Assembly (NCBI GenBank): GCA_035765415.1
Contig: DASTXR010000159.1
Span: forward strand, 48 to 64,047
Origin: Steroidobacteraceae bacterium
Lineage (GTDB): Bacteria; Pseudomonadota; Gammaproteobacteria; Steroidobacterales; Steroidobacteraceae
Length of the DNA: 64,000 nucleotides
Direction: 5' to 3'
Position 1 is the first letter of the stretch. Each line of letters starts with the position of its first letter. This document shows positions 19,642-28,666 of the stretch, one piece after another. The notes under the pieces are model-generated. The model worked only from the letters and a program-made list of their open reading frames with translations. It searched no databases and had not been told where the DNA came from. Both the position numbers and the translations under genes were made by a program.

Positions 19642-19989
19642 TCATCCGCGGCAGAACATCGGACCGGCCTTCGCTTCCAGCAGGCGGATCAGCATCGGAT
19701 CCATGTACGCAAAATCGTCGGGGATGTCGAGACAGATCACGCGCTTGTCCCCGAGGTGAGCCCGAAACTGTTTGCTGAGTTTGTTTCGGTGCGCGCGCTC
19801 CATGACGATGATGACATCCGCCCACTCGATGATTTCAGGGGACACGGGATTGCCACAGGTTTGATCGGTGCCCGCCGATGTGACTTCGAAGCCCGGGCGG
19901 TTGGAGAACACCTGTTCCGCCGTGGGACTGCGCAGCCGGTTCTGTGAGCACACGAACAGCACTCGCGTGATTTTTCGACTGCCTACCAA
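19642..19989 (-). CDS. Low-molecular-weight phosphotyrosine phosphatase-like protein
   Basis: CX5R(S) P-loop VLFVCSQNRLRS. Start uncertain (TTG at 19989 overlapping the upstream stop). Confidence 0.6.
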   Translation of the reverse strand: MVGSRKITRVLFVCSQNRLRSPTAEQVFSNRPGFEVTSAGTDQTCGNPVSPEIIEWADVIIVMERAHRNKLSKQFRAHLGDKRVICLDIPDDFAYMDPMLIRLLEAKAGPMFCRG

Positions 19990-20336
19990 TGTTTCTTCGA
20001 TCTGTTCCACTTGTACAAGGCCGCGGCAAACAGGTTGTAACCGAAACGACACAGATGTTTGATGACTGGAAGGCCAAGCACCCGAGCCTTCCAGCGCTCC
20101 GTCGGCGAGTTCATCCAGATTGCCAGGAATGCGTCGAACCCGACATGCAGCTTTTGCTCTTCATCCACCACGTGCAGACGTTCGCGAACGAACTCCAGGT
20201 CCGCGTGAACCTCTGAGACCAGCTCATTGTCTTTGTGCACGTCGGCCCATTGGATCTCGCAGCTGCTGCCCTTCTCCATCTGGCCTTCGATGCCGGCCTT
20301 GCAGACCGGGCAGGCGGAGTTGTAGTAGACCTTCAT
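19983..20336 (-). CDS. DCC-family thiol-disulfide oxidoreductase (DUF393)
   Basis: N-terminal VYYNSACPVCKAGI CxxC motif; 117 aa. Confidence 0.75.
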   Translation of the reverse strand: MKVYYNSACPVCKAGIEGQMEKGSSCEIQWADVHKDNELVSEVHADLEFVRERLHVVDEEQKLHVGFDAFLAIWMNSPTERWKARVLGLPVIKHLCRFGYNLFAAALYKWNRSKKHW

Positions 20337-20671
20337 CCTCGATGGCTCCTGGGAGAATCCAGGTGATAAACCCGGTGATGCATTCTGTCACCTGGCAAAC
20401 ATTGCTGACACCACCGACGGCGATTTTGTGAATTACGCAGGCAAGCGCCGACGTTGCTCATTGAAACTCTTGCGACGCAACCCAGGCCCACGTATTAACT
20501 AACTATTGGCTTGCTGGTCGCAGGGGGTCTGCACTAGTCTCGCCGGCAACGCACAGCCTGGAGCAACAGCGAGTGCGAACTATCTAGATCGCCAGGCCAC
20601 GAGGGGCAGGGAACATGACCGATCCGGGCGCGCAGCCCAACTACCAGTGCTGAAACAGGGAGGATTCGCAT

Positions 20672-22201
20672 ATGTTCACTCGTCTTCGTTGGATATCGAT
20701 GCTGGCAGTGCTGGCCACGAACTGGCCTGCATTGATGCCCGTCGCCCATGCCCAGGTCGCCGGTCAGGTTATTGACCTGCCCTCCATCACGGTTGGCCGG
20801 GGTGGGCTCAGGGGCCTGGCCGCCGGATACTGCACGTCGGAGGCATCCTGGTGTTTGGGTAATTTCGGTTCCGCAACCCCGGTCACTTCGCCCGACGGCC
20901 TGACCATTGTGGCGTTCGCGGATCAGCCCGGGACGGCCAAAGCGGGCGACGTGTACCAGCGTACCGCGCTGAACATCAAAGGCTTCGCCTCGGACCCGGG
21001 CCAAAACTGGCTCGCGTCGGTCAACTGCGATGGCGTGACATACCAAGCGGCGACAGCTACGAGCTATTCGTTCTCGGGTGGACGCGCGGCCTGGTCCTGG
21101 GGAAGACCGGACGGTGCGCAGCCAGCTTTCCAGGGTCGCACCAACGTCAGCTGCACCATTCAACGCAGGGGCGTGTCCGGCTGGGTGCGGCCGAAGTACC
21201 AGGTCGTAGGACTGACCTACGCGCCTCCGGGATCGCGAAGCACCGCTGCGTACGCGAACGCGTTCATGAACGGCACCAGCACCTCGCATACCTCGAGCTT
21301 TACGACTGGCATCTCGCAGTCCGTCACGGTGACGACCGGTTTCAATCTCTTCGGTGTTTTCGAGGGCAAGACGACGCAGAACTATTCGGCGGGTTGGAGC
21401 CAGCAGAAGGACAACAGCAATTCGCTGCGAATCAGCCAGCAGATTTCCAATGAGTTGCTCGTGCCGGGGCCCGCCGCTTCATCGGCGGGCGTGGACCATG
21501 ACTACGACACGATCTACGTCTGGCTGAATCCCATGATATTCGCGATGGTATTTCCGACGACTGTGGTCATCGGCGGTTATGGATATGACACTCGGGACAC
21601 CATCACCGGCATGGACGTGATTCCCTTGACCGTCGGTCAATTGAGAGGAGTCCAGCCGATCCCGCCTCAGGTTTGGGCACGTTTGAATCGTACTTGGGAC
21701 ACCGCGCTCGGTGGGCTGACGAGTGTGGACCTCCTGGCCATCATGCAGGCCAACCCATTCGCCGCGAATCCTGGATACAACCCGAACACGGATCCCAATC
21801 GCCGATACGAACTGCCGCTCAGCGGCAATCCGCCGCTACCGGCAAATATCATCATGAACTTTGCGCCCGTTCCACCGGGGGGCCAACCCACCGGGCAGAC
21901 CTACTCGACGAGTTACTCGAGCACGACGGAGTCCGGGAAATTGGCGAGAGACACCTACAGAGTTGCTCATTCCCTCGAAGGAGAAGCGAGTTTCCTGACG
22001 GGTTGGAGCACGAAACTCAGGACCCAGACGGAATTGAGCACGTCGAATCAATGGAGCAGCACCATCACGAGCCAGACTACCCAGTCCGCGCGGTTCACGA
22101 TCTTCCCGCCGCTGGCTTCGGACAATTACACGGGACCGACGGCAATGCAGGTGTGGAAGGACAACGTCTATGGGACGTTCATGTTCTTCCCGCAAAACTG
22201 A
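20672..22201 (+). CDS. Secreted Ser/Thr/Asn/Gln-rich beta-rich protein, unknown family (paralog A)
   Basis: GGGAGG Shine-Dalgarno. Signal peptide ending AHA-Q. About 65-70% identical over the C-terminal ~330 aa to the 24560..26080 product. Confidence 0.8.
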   Translation: MFTRLRWISMLAVLATNWPALMPVAHAQVAGQVIDLPSITVGRGGLRGLAAGYCTSEASWCLGNFGSATPVTSPDGLTIVAFADQPGTAKAGDVYQRTALNIKGFASDPGQNWLASVNCDGVTYQAATATSYSFSGGRAAWSWGRPDGAQPAFQGRTNVSCTIQRRGVSGWVRPKYQVVGLTYAPPGSRSTAAYANAFMNGTSTSHTSSFTTGISQSVTVTTGFNLFGVFEGKTTQNYSAGWSQQKDNSNSLRISQQISNELLVPGPAASSAGVDHDYDTIYVWLNPMIFAMVFPTTVVIGGYGYDTRDTITGMDVIPLTVGQLRGVQPIPPQVWARLNRTWDTALGGLTSVDLLAIMQANPFAANPGYNPNTDPNRRYELPLSGNPPLPANIIMNFAPVPPGGQPTGQTYSTSYSSTTESGKLARDTYRVAHSLEGEASFLTGWSTKLRTQTELSTSNQWSSTITSQTTQSARFTIFPPLASDNYTGPTAMQVWKDNVYGTFMFFPQN

Positions 22202-22210
22202 GGTCGGTGC

Positions 22211-22238
22211 AAGGCGCGCGTCGCGTGACGCGCGCCTT
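22211..22238. terminator. Bidirectional terminator-like hairpin (AAGGCGCGCGTC-GCGT-GACGCGCGCCTT)
   Basis: Perfect 12-bp stem between convergent stops at 22201 and 22252. No strong T-run. Confidence 0.5.
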
Positions 22239-22251
22239 CGACTCCGGAACT

Positions 22252-22947
22252 TCACTGTGTCTTCTTCGCCTCGGACTCCTGGACTGTGCCCAGCCGCAGC
22301 ATCACTCCGGTCACACGACCTTCGTCGCCGACGCGGAAGATCATCTCGGAGTCCGTGCCCTCCGCGAAAAAGTGCCTCTCCGAGAGAGGCAGGAGCTTCA
22401 CGACAGGCCTGCCTCCTCCCTTCCACAGGAGCGCGTCTCCTTCCTTTGTCACCACGGCAACCGCACCTGGAGCGAACTCGTAGCGACCCGTGAATCTGTC
22501 GAGCGTTCCCGGATCGACCGCAATCGCTTTGCGCTCGGCAGGGAGTCGAGTGCTCTGTGCGTGGAGGAAACACCAGCGTCCCTCGATCTTCGCCAGGACG
22601 GTGGTTGAGTAGATTCCCCTTTCGAGAGCTCCCCGGAGCAACGCGATATTCCCGTATTCATCGAGTCGCTCGAGGGATGGCATGGGGGCGGCGCGCCAGT
22701 CGTCACGCAGGATGTTTCGAAGGTGGGTTTCCCTGTCGACCACCCTTCCATTGGCCTGGACCCAGACCCAGCCTTCGGCAAAAAGACGTTCGAGCGCAAT
22801 CCTGTCCTTCTTCGCCCCGGCCTCGTTGTAGGCGCGCCAGAGCGACCCGACTTCGGCCGCTACCGTCGCGGTGGAGGCGACCTTGTTTTCAGCGAGAGCA
22901 GCGGGCATCGCGAGGAAGACGCAGAGACAAGCAGCTACGAGTCGCAT
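22252..22947 (-). CDS. Secreted SnoaL/DUF4440-like protein with C-terminal DUF3471-like domain
   Basis: Trimmed to MRLVAACLCVFLAMPAALA. NTF2-like N-half. C-half FTGRYEF...LLWKGGG...L.PLSERHFF resembles the beta-lactamase-associated DUF3471. Confidence 0.55.
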   Translation of the reverse strand: MRLVAACLCVFLAMPAALAENKVASTATVAAEVGSLWRAYNEAGAKKDRIALERLFAEGWVWVQANGRVVDRETHLRNILRDDWRAAPMPSLERLDEYGNIALLRGALERGIYSTTVLAKIEGRWCFLHAQSTRLPAERKAIAVDPGTLDRFTGRYEFAPGAVAVVTKEGDALLWKGGGRPVVKLLPLSERHFFAEGTDSEMIFRVGDEGRVTGVMLRLGTVQESEAKKTQ

Positions 22948-23029
22948 CCATGACTCCTTCGGAAGTGAGCGATCCTGGCCTGGCACTTTATCTTTCACGC
23001 GTCCGGTCCAGAGATCTGTGAGGCCGCGG

Positions 23030-23440
23030 CTACCGCAAGAAACTCCCGGCACACTCCCGAATGGACGGCTCAATATCCGAGCGCGCCGCGATCTCGCGCA
23101 AGAGAGCATGAATGTCGGCATCACCGGCCGCAAGCTGGCCAACGTTGAGCATCCGATTGAGCATCACAACCCCGAGTTCGCTCGGGCGACGACGCAGTGA
23201 GTCAACCAGGTATGGCTCGTAGCCAGGAAGGGATTCCAGGCCATGCACGATCGACCAAGCGGGACCGACTGCCTCGTCCAGAGGAAAACGCTCGAAGACG
23301 CGTAACATGGCCTTGATGCCTTCTGCATCCACGGGCTGCTGGAATAGTTCGCCCAGCAAGTCGTCGAGGCGAAGCCACGACCCATCGGTGGGCATGAAGC
23401 CGTCTATATCGCGAAGGATCTCTGCCGCTGGCCGGATCAT
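23030..23440 (-). CDS. Hypothetical all-helical 136-aa protein (immunity-protein-like)
   Basis: Clean ORF with no signal peptide. Conserved-looking FERFP...WSIVHGLE...NRMLN blocks. Confidence 0.5.
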   Translation of the reverse strand: MIRPAAEILRDIDGFMPTDGSWLRLDDLLGELFQQPVDAEGIKAMLRVFERFPLDEAVGPAWSIVHGLESLPGYEPYLVDSLRRRPSELGVVMLNRMLNVGQLAAGDADIHALLREIAARSDIEPSIRECAGSFLR

Positions 23441-23476
23441 GGCGGGCCCTGGGAGCAGCCTGACTCTTGCGGGGGG

Positions 23477-23797
23477 CTAACACTTCCCCGACGGCATCTG
23501 CGACAGCCAGGTGCGCGCGGGTTGCTCGGCGCTGAAGAACCGCACCGTCGGATGGATCCGGTGTTCGTAGGTGAGCTCGCTGAACCGCGCACCGTAACCC
23601 GCCGGGTCGCGCACGATGATCGCGAGCTTGGTGCGGTAGCTAACAAACTTCTGCAGCACCTGGCCGGCAAGACCGGTTTTCAGGTCGAAGAAGTCGGGTG
23701 ACAGGTTCTTTTCATCGATGACCAGCCCGCCTCGCTCGACGCTGGCCGTGAGGGCAGCGGAAATGTCGCTGGGGGATTGAATGCCGATGAGTGTCAT
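23477..23797 (-). CDS. DUF4180 domain protein
   Basis: FFDLKTGLAGQVLQKFVSYRTKLAIIV matches my memory of the DUF4180 signature. Confidence 0.65.
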   Translation of the reverse strand: MTLIGIQSPSDISAALTASVERGGLVIDEKNLSPDFFDLKTGLAGQVLQKFVSYRTKLAIIVRDPAGYGARFSELTYEHRIHPTVRFFSAEQPARTWLSQMPSGKC

Positions 23798-23807
23798 GGC
23801 GGCGAGT

Positions 23808-24287
23808 CTACAGGCCTAACGCGCTCAAGCCGGGGTGATCGTCGGGTCTGCGTCCCAACTCCCACCGAAACTTGCGGTTGGCCTCCGTTAACATGACGTC
23901 ATTGATGCTGGCGTGCCGCTGGCGCATCAATCCGAGCTCATCGAACTCCCAGTTCTCGTTCCCGTACGAACGGAACCAGTGGCCCGAATCGTCGTGCCAC
24001 TCATAGGCGAACCGCACCGCAATACGCGCGCCTTCGAAGGCCCACACCTCCTTGATGAGGCGGTAGTCGAGCTCCCTGGCCCATTTGCGCTTGAGGAACT
24101 CGACGATGGCCGGCCGGCCCGAGAAGAACTCGGCGCGATTGCGCCAGGTGCTATCCACCGTGTACGCGAGCGATACGCGCTCCGGATCGCGCGAGTTCCA
24201 CGCGTCTTCCGCGGCGCGAGCCTTCTGCGCTGCCGTCTCGCGTGTGAACGGTGGAACCGGCGGGCGTCCTTGCCTTGGCGCGTTCAT
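23808..24287 (-). CDS. DUF1348 (NTF2-like) family protein
   Basis: Trimmed to [38 protein letters not shown]...; the family-typical sequence continues to the C-terminus. Confidence 0.7.
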   Translation of the reverse strand: MNAPRQGRPPVPPFTRETAAQKARAAEDAWNSRDPERVSLAYTVDSTWRNRAEFFSGRPAIVEFLKRKWARELDYRLIKEVWAFEGARIAVRFAYEWHDDSGHWFRSYGNENWEFDELGLMRQRHASINDVMLTEANRKFRWELGRRPDDHPGLSALGL

Positions 24288-24349
24288 TGGAACCTCTTGG
24301 AGAAAGTGAGTTCGAAAGTGCGCGGAAGCGTGGTCACCGTGCAGGGCTG
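24250..24349. repeat. 100-bp direct repeat, copy 1 (about 88% identical to 26083-26182)
   Basis: Hand alignment gives about 12 mismatches in about 100 nt. Spans the DUF1348 start plus a relic of the TBDR 3' end. Confidence 0.85.
24284..24349 (-). pseudogene. Relic of a TonB-dependent receptor C-terminus ([21 protein letters not shown])
   Basis: The translation matches the last 20 aa of the intact TBDR at 26120.. ([20 protein letters not shown]). Nothing TBDR-like lies upstream of it. Confidence 0.75.
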
Positions 24350-24559
24350 ACACCGGGATTGCTTTCTGTCGCATACCCCGAGTATGTGACACCTCATGCG
24401 GTCACGCACCCTAACCTAACGGATCACACTCGCTCGCAGCCTGTGAGCGGTTGCTATTTATTGCTGGCCAATCGGACCTGCGTTAGGCTGCTCCGGCCTT
24501 ACAACGTCAAGGACTGACTCGTAGCGCATCGCGTGCACTGGATCAGGGAGGAACCGCTC

Positions 24560-26080
24560 ATGAAACGTCTCACCACGACGACGATTGCTATCGTGACATT
24601 GGGCTTGCTCGATCTCACGTCACCGGCTATCGCTCAAACCAACGGCATGATCGGGAGCGAGCACACCATCACGGTGGGCGGCAACACAAACGGAAGGGCG
24701 GGTTACTGCCCGGTGGGCGGGTGCGGCACGGCCTACGTTTTCGGTTCCATTTCTACTGCGACAACGCCCGACACCCTCACCGTCACATCGTTCGTGGACC
24801 TTCCCGGCCCAAGGGTGACCAATGGTTACAACCGTACGCAATTGTCGCTCGCGGGCTTCACATCGGATCCCGGGAGGAACTGGCTTTCTCGAGCCACCTG
24901 CGGGGCGGTGACATACGCTGGTGCAAACGCGAGCGTATACAACTACGCGAACGGAGAAGCGAGCTGGTGGTGGGCCGCGACACATGGCGCGCAGCCCGCG
25001 TTCCAGGGCCGGTCCAGCGTGAGCTGCACCATTTCCCGCAGCGGTGACGCCAACTGGATCACTACGAAGTACCAGGTGGTTGGTTTGACATACGCACCGC
25101 CGGGATCCAGGAGCACTGCGACCTACAGCAGCGGCTTCGTCAATGGCACGGCCACCAACCACGTCTCGAGCTTCCAGAATGGCATTACGCAGGAAGTCTC
25201 ACTCACAACAGGCGGCGGCCTCTTCGGAATCCTCGACGGTGAGGTCACGCAGACATTCACTGCAGGCTGGAAGCAGACCAGGGATAACAGTTCCTCGTTG
25301 ACGATCAGTCAACAGACATCGAGTGGACTGATCGTCCCGGGGCCGGCTTCCTCAGCCGCCGGCGTGGATCACGATTACGACACTATCTACGTCTGGGTAA
25401 ATCCCGCGGTATTCATGATGGTATTTCCGACGAAGGTGGTCGTCGGAGGGTATGGTTGGAACGCGCGCAGCCCGGTCAGCGGAATGGATGTCGTTCCTCT
25501 GACTGTGGGTCAGCTCAGGGGCACTCAGCCCATCGCCCCCAATACGTGGGCGCGATTGAATCGGTCATGGGACTCGCAACTGGGCGGCCTTACGACAGCG
25601 GATTTCCAGTTGATCCTGCGAGCAAATCCGTTCGCAATCAACCCGGCATACAACCCCAACACGGATCCGACGCGTCGTTACGAACTTCCTCTCAGTGGCA
25701 ATCCGCCAACGCCTACGAATTTGATTCTCAACTACGTTCCCGCTCCACCAGGCGGGCAACCAACCGGCCAGACCTACAGCTCGAGCTATTCCAGTACTTC
25801 AGTCCAGGGAAGGTCGTCGAAGGATGAGTACACCGCCTCCTACTCGATCAGCGGCTCGGCGTCATTCGACTTCCTGATCAAATTCCAGCAAAAGCTGAAG
25901 ACCACGACGAGCATCACGTATTCCAATCAGTGGAGCCAGTCGGTGACGAACGGCACCTCGCAAGCGGCGAGCTTCACGATTTTTCCGCCGTTTGCCGCGG
26001 ACAATTACGTCGGTCCGACGGCTATCCAGGTGTGGAAAGACAACGTGTACGGCACGTTCATGTTCTATCCACAGTTCTGA
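24560..26080 (+). CDS. Secreted Ser/Thr/Asn/Gln-rich beta-rich protein, unknown family (paralog B)
   Basis: Trimmed to MKRLTTTTIAIVTLGLL... with AGGGAGG Shine-Dalgarno. Signal peptide ending AIA-Q. Paralog of 20672..22201. Confidence 0.8.
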   Translation: MKRLTTTTIAIVTLGLLDLTSPAIAQTNGMIGSEHTITVGGNTNGRAGYCPVGGCGTAYVFGSISTATTPDTLTVTSFVDLPGPRVTNGYNRTQLSLAGFTSDPGRNWLSRATCGAVTYAGANASVYNYANGEASWWWAATHGAQPAFQGRSSVSCTISRSGDANWITTKYQVVGLTYAPPGSRSTATYSSGFVNGTATNHVSSFQNGITQEVSLTTGGGLFGILDGEVTQTFTAGWKQTRDNSSSLTISQQTSSGLIVPGPASSAAGVDHDYDTIYVWVNPAVFMMVFPTKVVVGGYGWNARSPVSGMDVVPLTVGQLRGTQPIAPNTWARLNRSWDSQLGGLTTADFQLILRANPFAINPAYNPNTDPTRRYELPLSGNPPTPTNLILNYVPAPPGGQPTGQTYSSSYSSTSVQGRSSKDEYTASYSISGSASFDFLIKFQQKLKTTTSITYSNQWSQSVTNGTSQAASFTIFPPFAADNYVGPTAIQVWKDNVYGTFMFYPQF

Positions 26081-26082
26081 CC

Positions 26083-26120
26083 GGCGGAAACGGCGGGCGT
26101 CCCTGCCCTGGCGCGTTCAT
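26083..26120 (-). pseudogene. Relic of DUF1348 gene 5' end (MNAPGQGRPPFPP...)
   Basis: ATG at 26120 overlaps the TBDR stop as ATGA. The first 13 codons match the intact DUF1348 gene, then similarity is lost at the paralog B stop. Confidence 0.7.
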
Positions 26121-26182
26121 CAGAACCGCTTGGAGAAAGTGAGCCCGAAAGTGCGCGGCAGTGTGGTCACCGTGTAGGGCTG
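26083..26182. repeat. 100-bp direct repeat, copy 2
   Basis: See copy 1. Spans the intact TBDR 3' end plus a relic of the DUF1348 start. Confidence 0.85.
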
Positions 26183-28576
26183 CAGTCCGCACAGCGGCAC
26201 TGCGTTCGGCGCCGGATCGTCGTCCGGGTCGTACGGCTTGAACTCCGCACACTCCGTGAACCGCGAAAGCACTGCGCGTTCGTCGAAGGCATTCTTCACG
26301 AACACTTCGAGGCCCCAACTCTCTTTCTCGACGCCAAAAGAAAAGTCGAAGATGTCGTACGAGGGCTGCTTGCCCAGCAGTTCGCGTTCATCGGTGCGCA
26401 GATCGGTCCACGCCGAGCCGGAATATACCCACGCACCCTGGAAGTGCGCGTCCATGCCGGCCATCGCAAACTCGTAGCGGCCCACGGCATTGGCCTTGAA
26501 CTCCGCCTGCACCGGCAGTTCCTGGCCGGCAGGCGCCTGGAGAAACGTGCCCACAGGGGCCAGCGGATCGTCGCAGTTGGTGACGATTTCACCTTCATTG
26601 GGACCCGTGTCATAGGTGGTGCCGCAGTAATCCTGCGTCGACTGCGCGTCGAGAACCGAGAAGGCACTCGAAAGCGTGAACGCGTCCGTGACGCTCCACA
26701 TGATGTCCGCCTCGATGCCCTTGATGCGGGCCTGACCGGCATTGCGGATTTCCGTGAGGCCGTTGGCGCCGAGGAACGAGTACTGGAAATCGTCCCAGTC
26801 CTGCTGGAACACGGCGCCGTTGATTCGAACGCGGTTGCCGGCCAGCTCAGTCTTGAAGCCCAACTCCACGTTGGTGAGGAAGTCCGCCTCGTACGGCGGC
26901 AGCGTGCCGCGGCGGTTGATGCCGCCCGGACGAAAACCTTCCGACCACGTGGCGTAGAGCATCACGTCGTCGTTGGCGTGCCACGTGAGGTTGAACCGCT
27001 TGGAATTGCCGTCTTCCTTCGTTGTCTTGTCGAGGTTCGTGCAGGGAGCGCGGCGGAACGGATCCGAGCCGGCAAAACAGGCCGCCTCGCCCGTGCCGGA
27101 CGAATAACCCGCTCCGTATCCGAAGAAGCCCTTGAGTGAATTCTCCGATTCGAAGAAGCGGATGCCGCCCGTGATGGCCAGTGTCTCGGTGATGTCGAAA
27201 GTGACTTCGCCGAACAGCGCGTCGTCAGCGTCCTCGCGCTCCTGGTCGGTGAGCCACAAGGTGTCGGGGTTGCCGGGCACTTCCAGGCCGTCGTTGAGAT
27301 TTTCGATGCGATACGACTGGTAGATGCTGTGGCTCTGGCGTTGCGTGAACGCACCGACCGTCAGGCGCCAGCGGTTCTCCGCGGACGACGACAAGCGCAA
27401 CTCGTGGCTGTTCTTCTTGTACTTGTCGCCGCCGACGATGAACTGCGTGGGGTCGATGAGAGCCCCGTCGTTGTCGCGGATGTAATCGCCGTACTGGCAG
27501 CAGGAGTCGTAGAAAAAGGAATAATCCGCGTAGTCCAGGCGCGTGGTGTCGTCACGATCGAGAAATGCGCCTGCGTACGTGAGATCCCAGCTGCCGATCT
27601 TTCCCTGCAGGGTGAGCGCGGCCTGCACGAACTTGTCTTCGGAAGACTCGTCCTTCGCGTGCGCGACCTTGAGGTCGCCCTCGAGCGGATCGAAGCCGAA
27701 CGTGCCGGTCGTCTTCGTATTCTGCGCCATCACGGTCGGAGTGATCGTCCAGGAATCGTTGAGGTCGATGCCGAGCGCGACGCGTGCGCCGTATTTCTGC
27801 CAGCCGTTGTAGTTGTCCTCGACCTTGTCGGTGTTGTCGACCGCGATGCCGGACACGGGGTACACGCGCGTCGAACGCACGTTGTCGATGTATCCGGGCT
27901 CGTCTTTCGACCAGCCGACGATGCGGATGGCCGCGTTGTCGCTCAGCGGGATGTTGACGAAACCTTCGCCGGTGTAGCCGAGATCGCCCTCGAGCGTGGC
28001 TCCCGTGAGATCGAAGCCCGCCGCGAACTGGGACGGATCGGGCTTGTTCGTGATGATGCGGATGGTGCCGGCCTGGGAGCTCGCGCCGTACAGCGTGCCC
28101 TGCGGGCCCGCGAGCACTTCGACGCGCGCGATGTCGTAGATCTGGACGTCGAGCGCGCCCTGGATCGTGGTGATCGGCTGCTCGTCGAGATACATGCCGA
28201 CCGAAGGTTGGGGACCCGAGTGGTTGGCATTTTCACCGCTGGCGACACCGCGCATGTACGGGCGCGCGAAGCCGGGACCGCCACTCTGAAAGGCCACATT
28301 CGGCAGGAATTTCACATAGTCGTCGAAGGTCTCGACCTTGAGGTTCGCGAGCTGCTCCTGGCCAATGGCCTGGATGGACATCGGCACATCCTGGAGGCTC
28401 TCATCCCGCTTGTTGGCGGAGACGACGACTTCGTCGAGCTTGGCGTCATCTGCCTGTTGTGCCTGTACGACGCCGGTGCCGGCGAGCAAGGCGCCGGCGA
28501 ATGGCAGCGCACGTCTAACAGCGGAAGCAAGGGAGCTTGAATCACGCGAAATAGTCCCGTTTCTGCTCACTGACAT
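26120..28576 (-). CDS. TonB-dependent receptor
   Basis: Signal peptide. Plug-domain motifs (DEVVVSANKRDESLQDVPMSIQAI, TLYGASSQAGTIRIITNKP). C-terminal aromatic residue (FSKRF). Confidence 0.9.
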   Translation of the reverse strand: MSVSRNGTISRDSSSLASAVRRALPFAGALLAGTGVVQAQQADDAKLDEVVVSANKRDESLQDVPMSIQAIGQEQLANLKVETFDDYVKFLPNVAFQSGGPGFARPYMRGVASGENANHSGPQPSVGMYLDEQPITTIQGALDVQIYDIARVEVLAGPQGTLYGASSQAGTIRIITNKPDPSQFAAGFDLTGATLEGDLGYTGEGFVNIPLSDNAAIRIVGWSKDEPGYIDNVRSTRVYPVSGIAVDNTDKVEDNYNGWQKYGARVALGIDLNDSWTITPTVMAQNTKTTGTFGFDPLEGDLKVAHAKDESSEDKFVQAALTLQGKIGSWDLTYAGAFLDRDDTTRLDYADYSFFYDSCCQYGDYIRDNDGALIDPTQFIVGGDKYKKNSHELRLSSSAENRWRLTVGAFTQRQSHSIYQSYRIENLNDGLEVPGNPDTLWLTDQEREDADDALFGEVTFDITETLAITGGIRFFESENSLKGFFGYGAGYSSGTGEAACFAGSDPFRRAPCTNLDKTTKEDGNSKRFNLTWHANDDVMLYATWSEGFRPGGINRRGTLPPYEADFLTNVELGFKTELAGNRVRINGAVFQQDWDDFQYSFLGANGLTEIRNAGQARIKGIEADIMWSVTDAFTLSSAFSVLDAQSTQDYCGTTYDTGPNEGEIVTNCDDPLAPVGTFLQAPAGQELPVQAEFKANAVGRYEFAMAGMDAHFQGAWVYSGSAWTDLRTDERELLGKQPSYDIFDFSFGVEKESWGLEVFVKNAFDERAVLSRFTECAEFKPYDPDDDPAPNAVPLCGLQPYTVTTLPRTFGLTFSKRF

Positions 28577-28666
28577 GTGTTTCCCCGATTTTTTTATTCG
28601 ACGTCGCTTCGACGGCGATTCCCGATGTGGGCGTTAGGGCTGAATAGTATGCCTTCCGCCACGGAA

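Noticed and set aside
24409-24420. Telomere-like CCCTAACCTAAC
   Set aside because: Only two units; no array and no other telomeric context.
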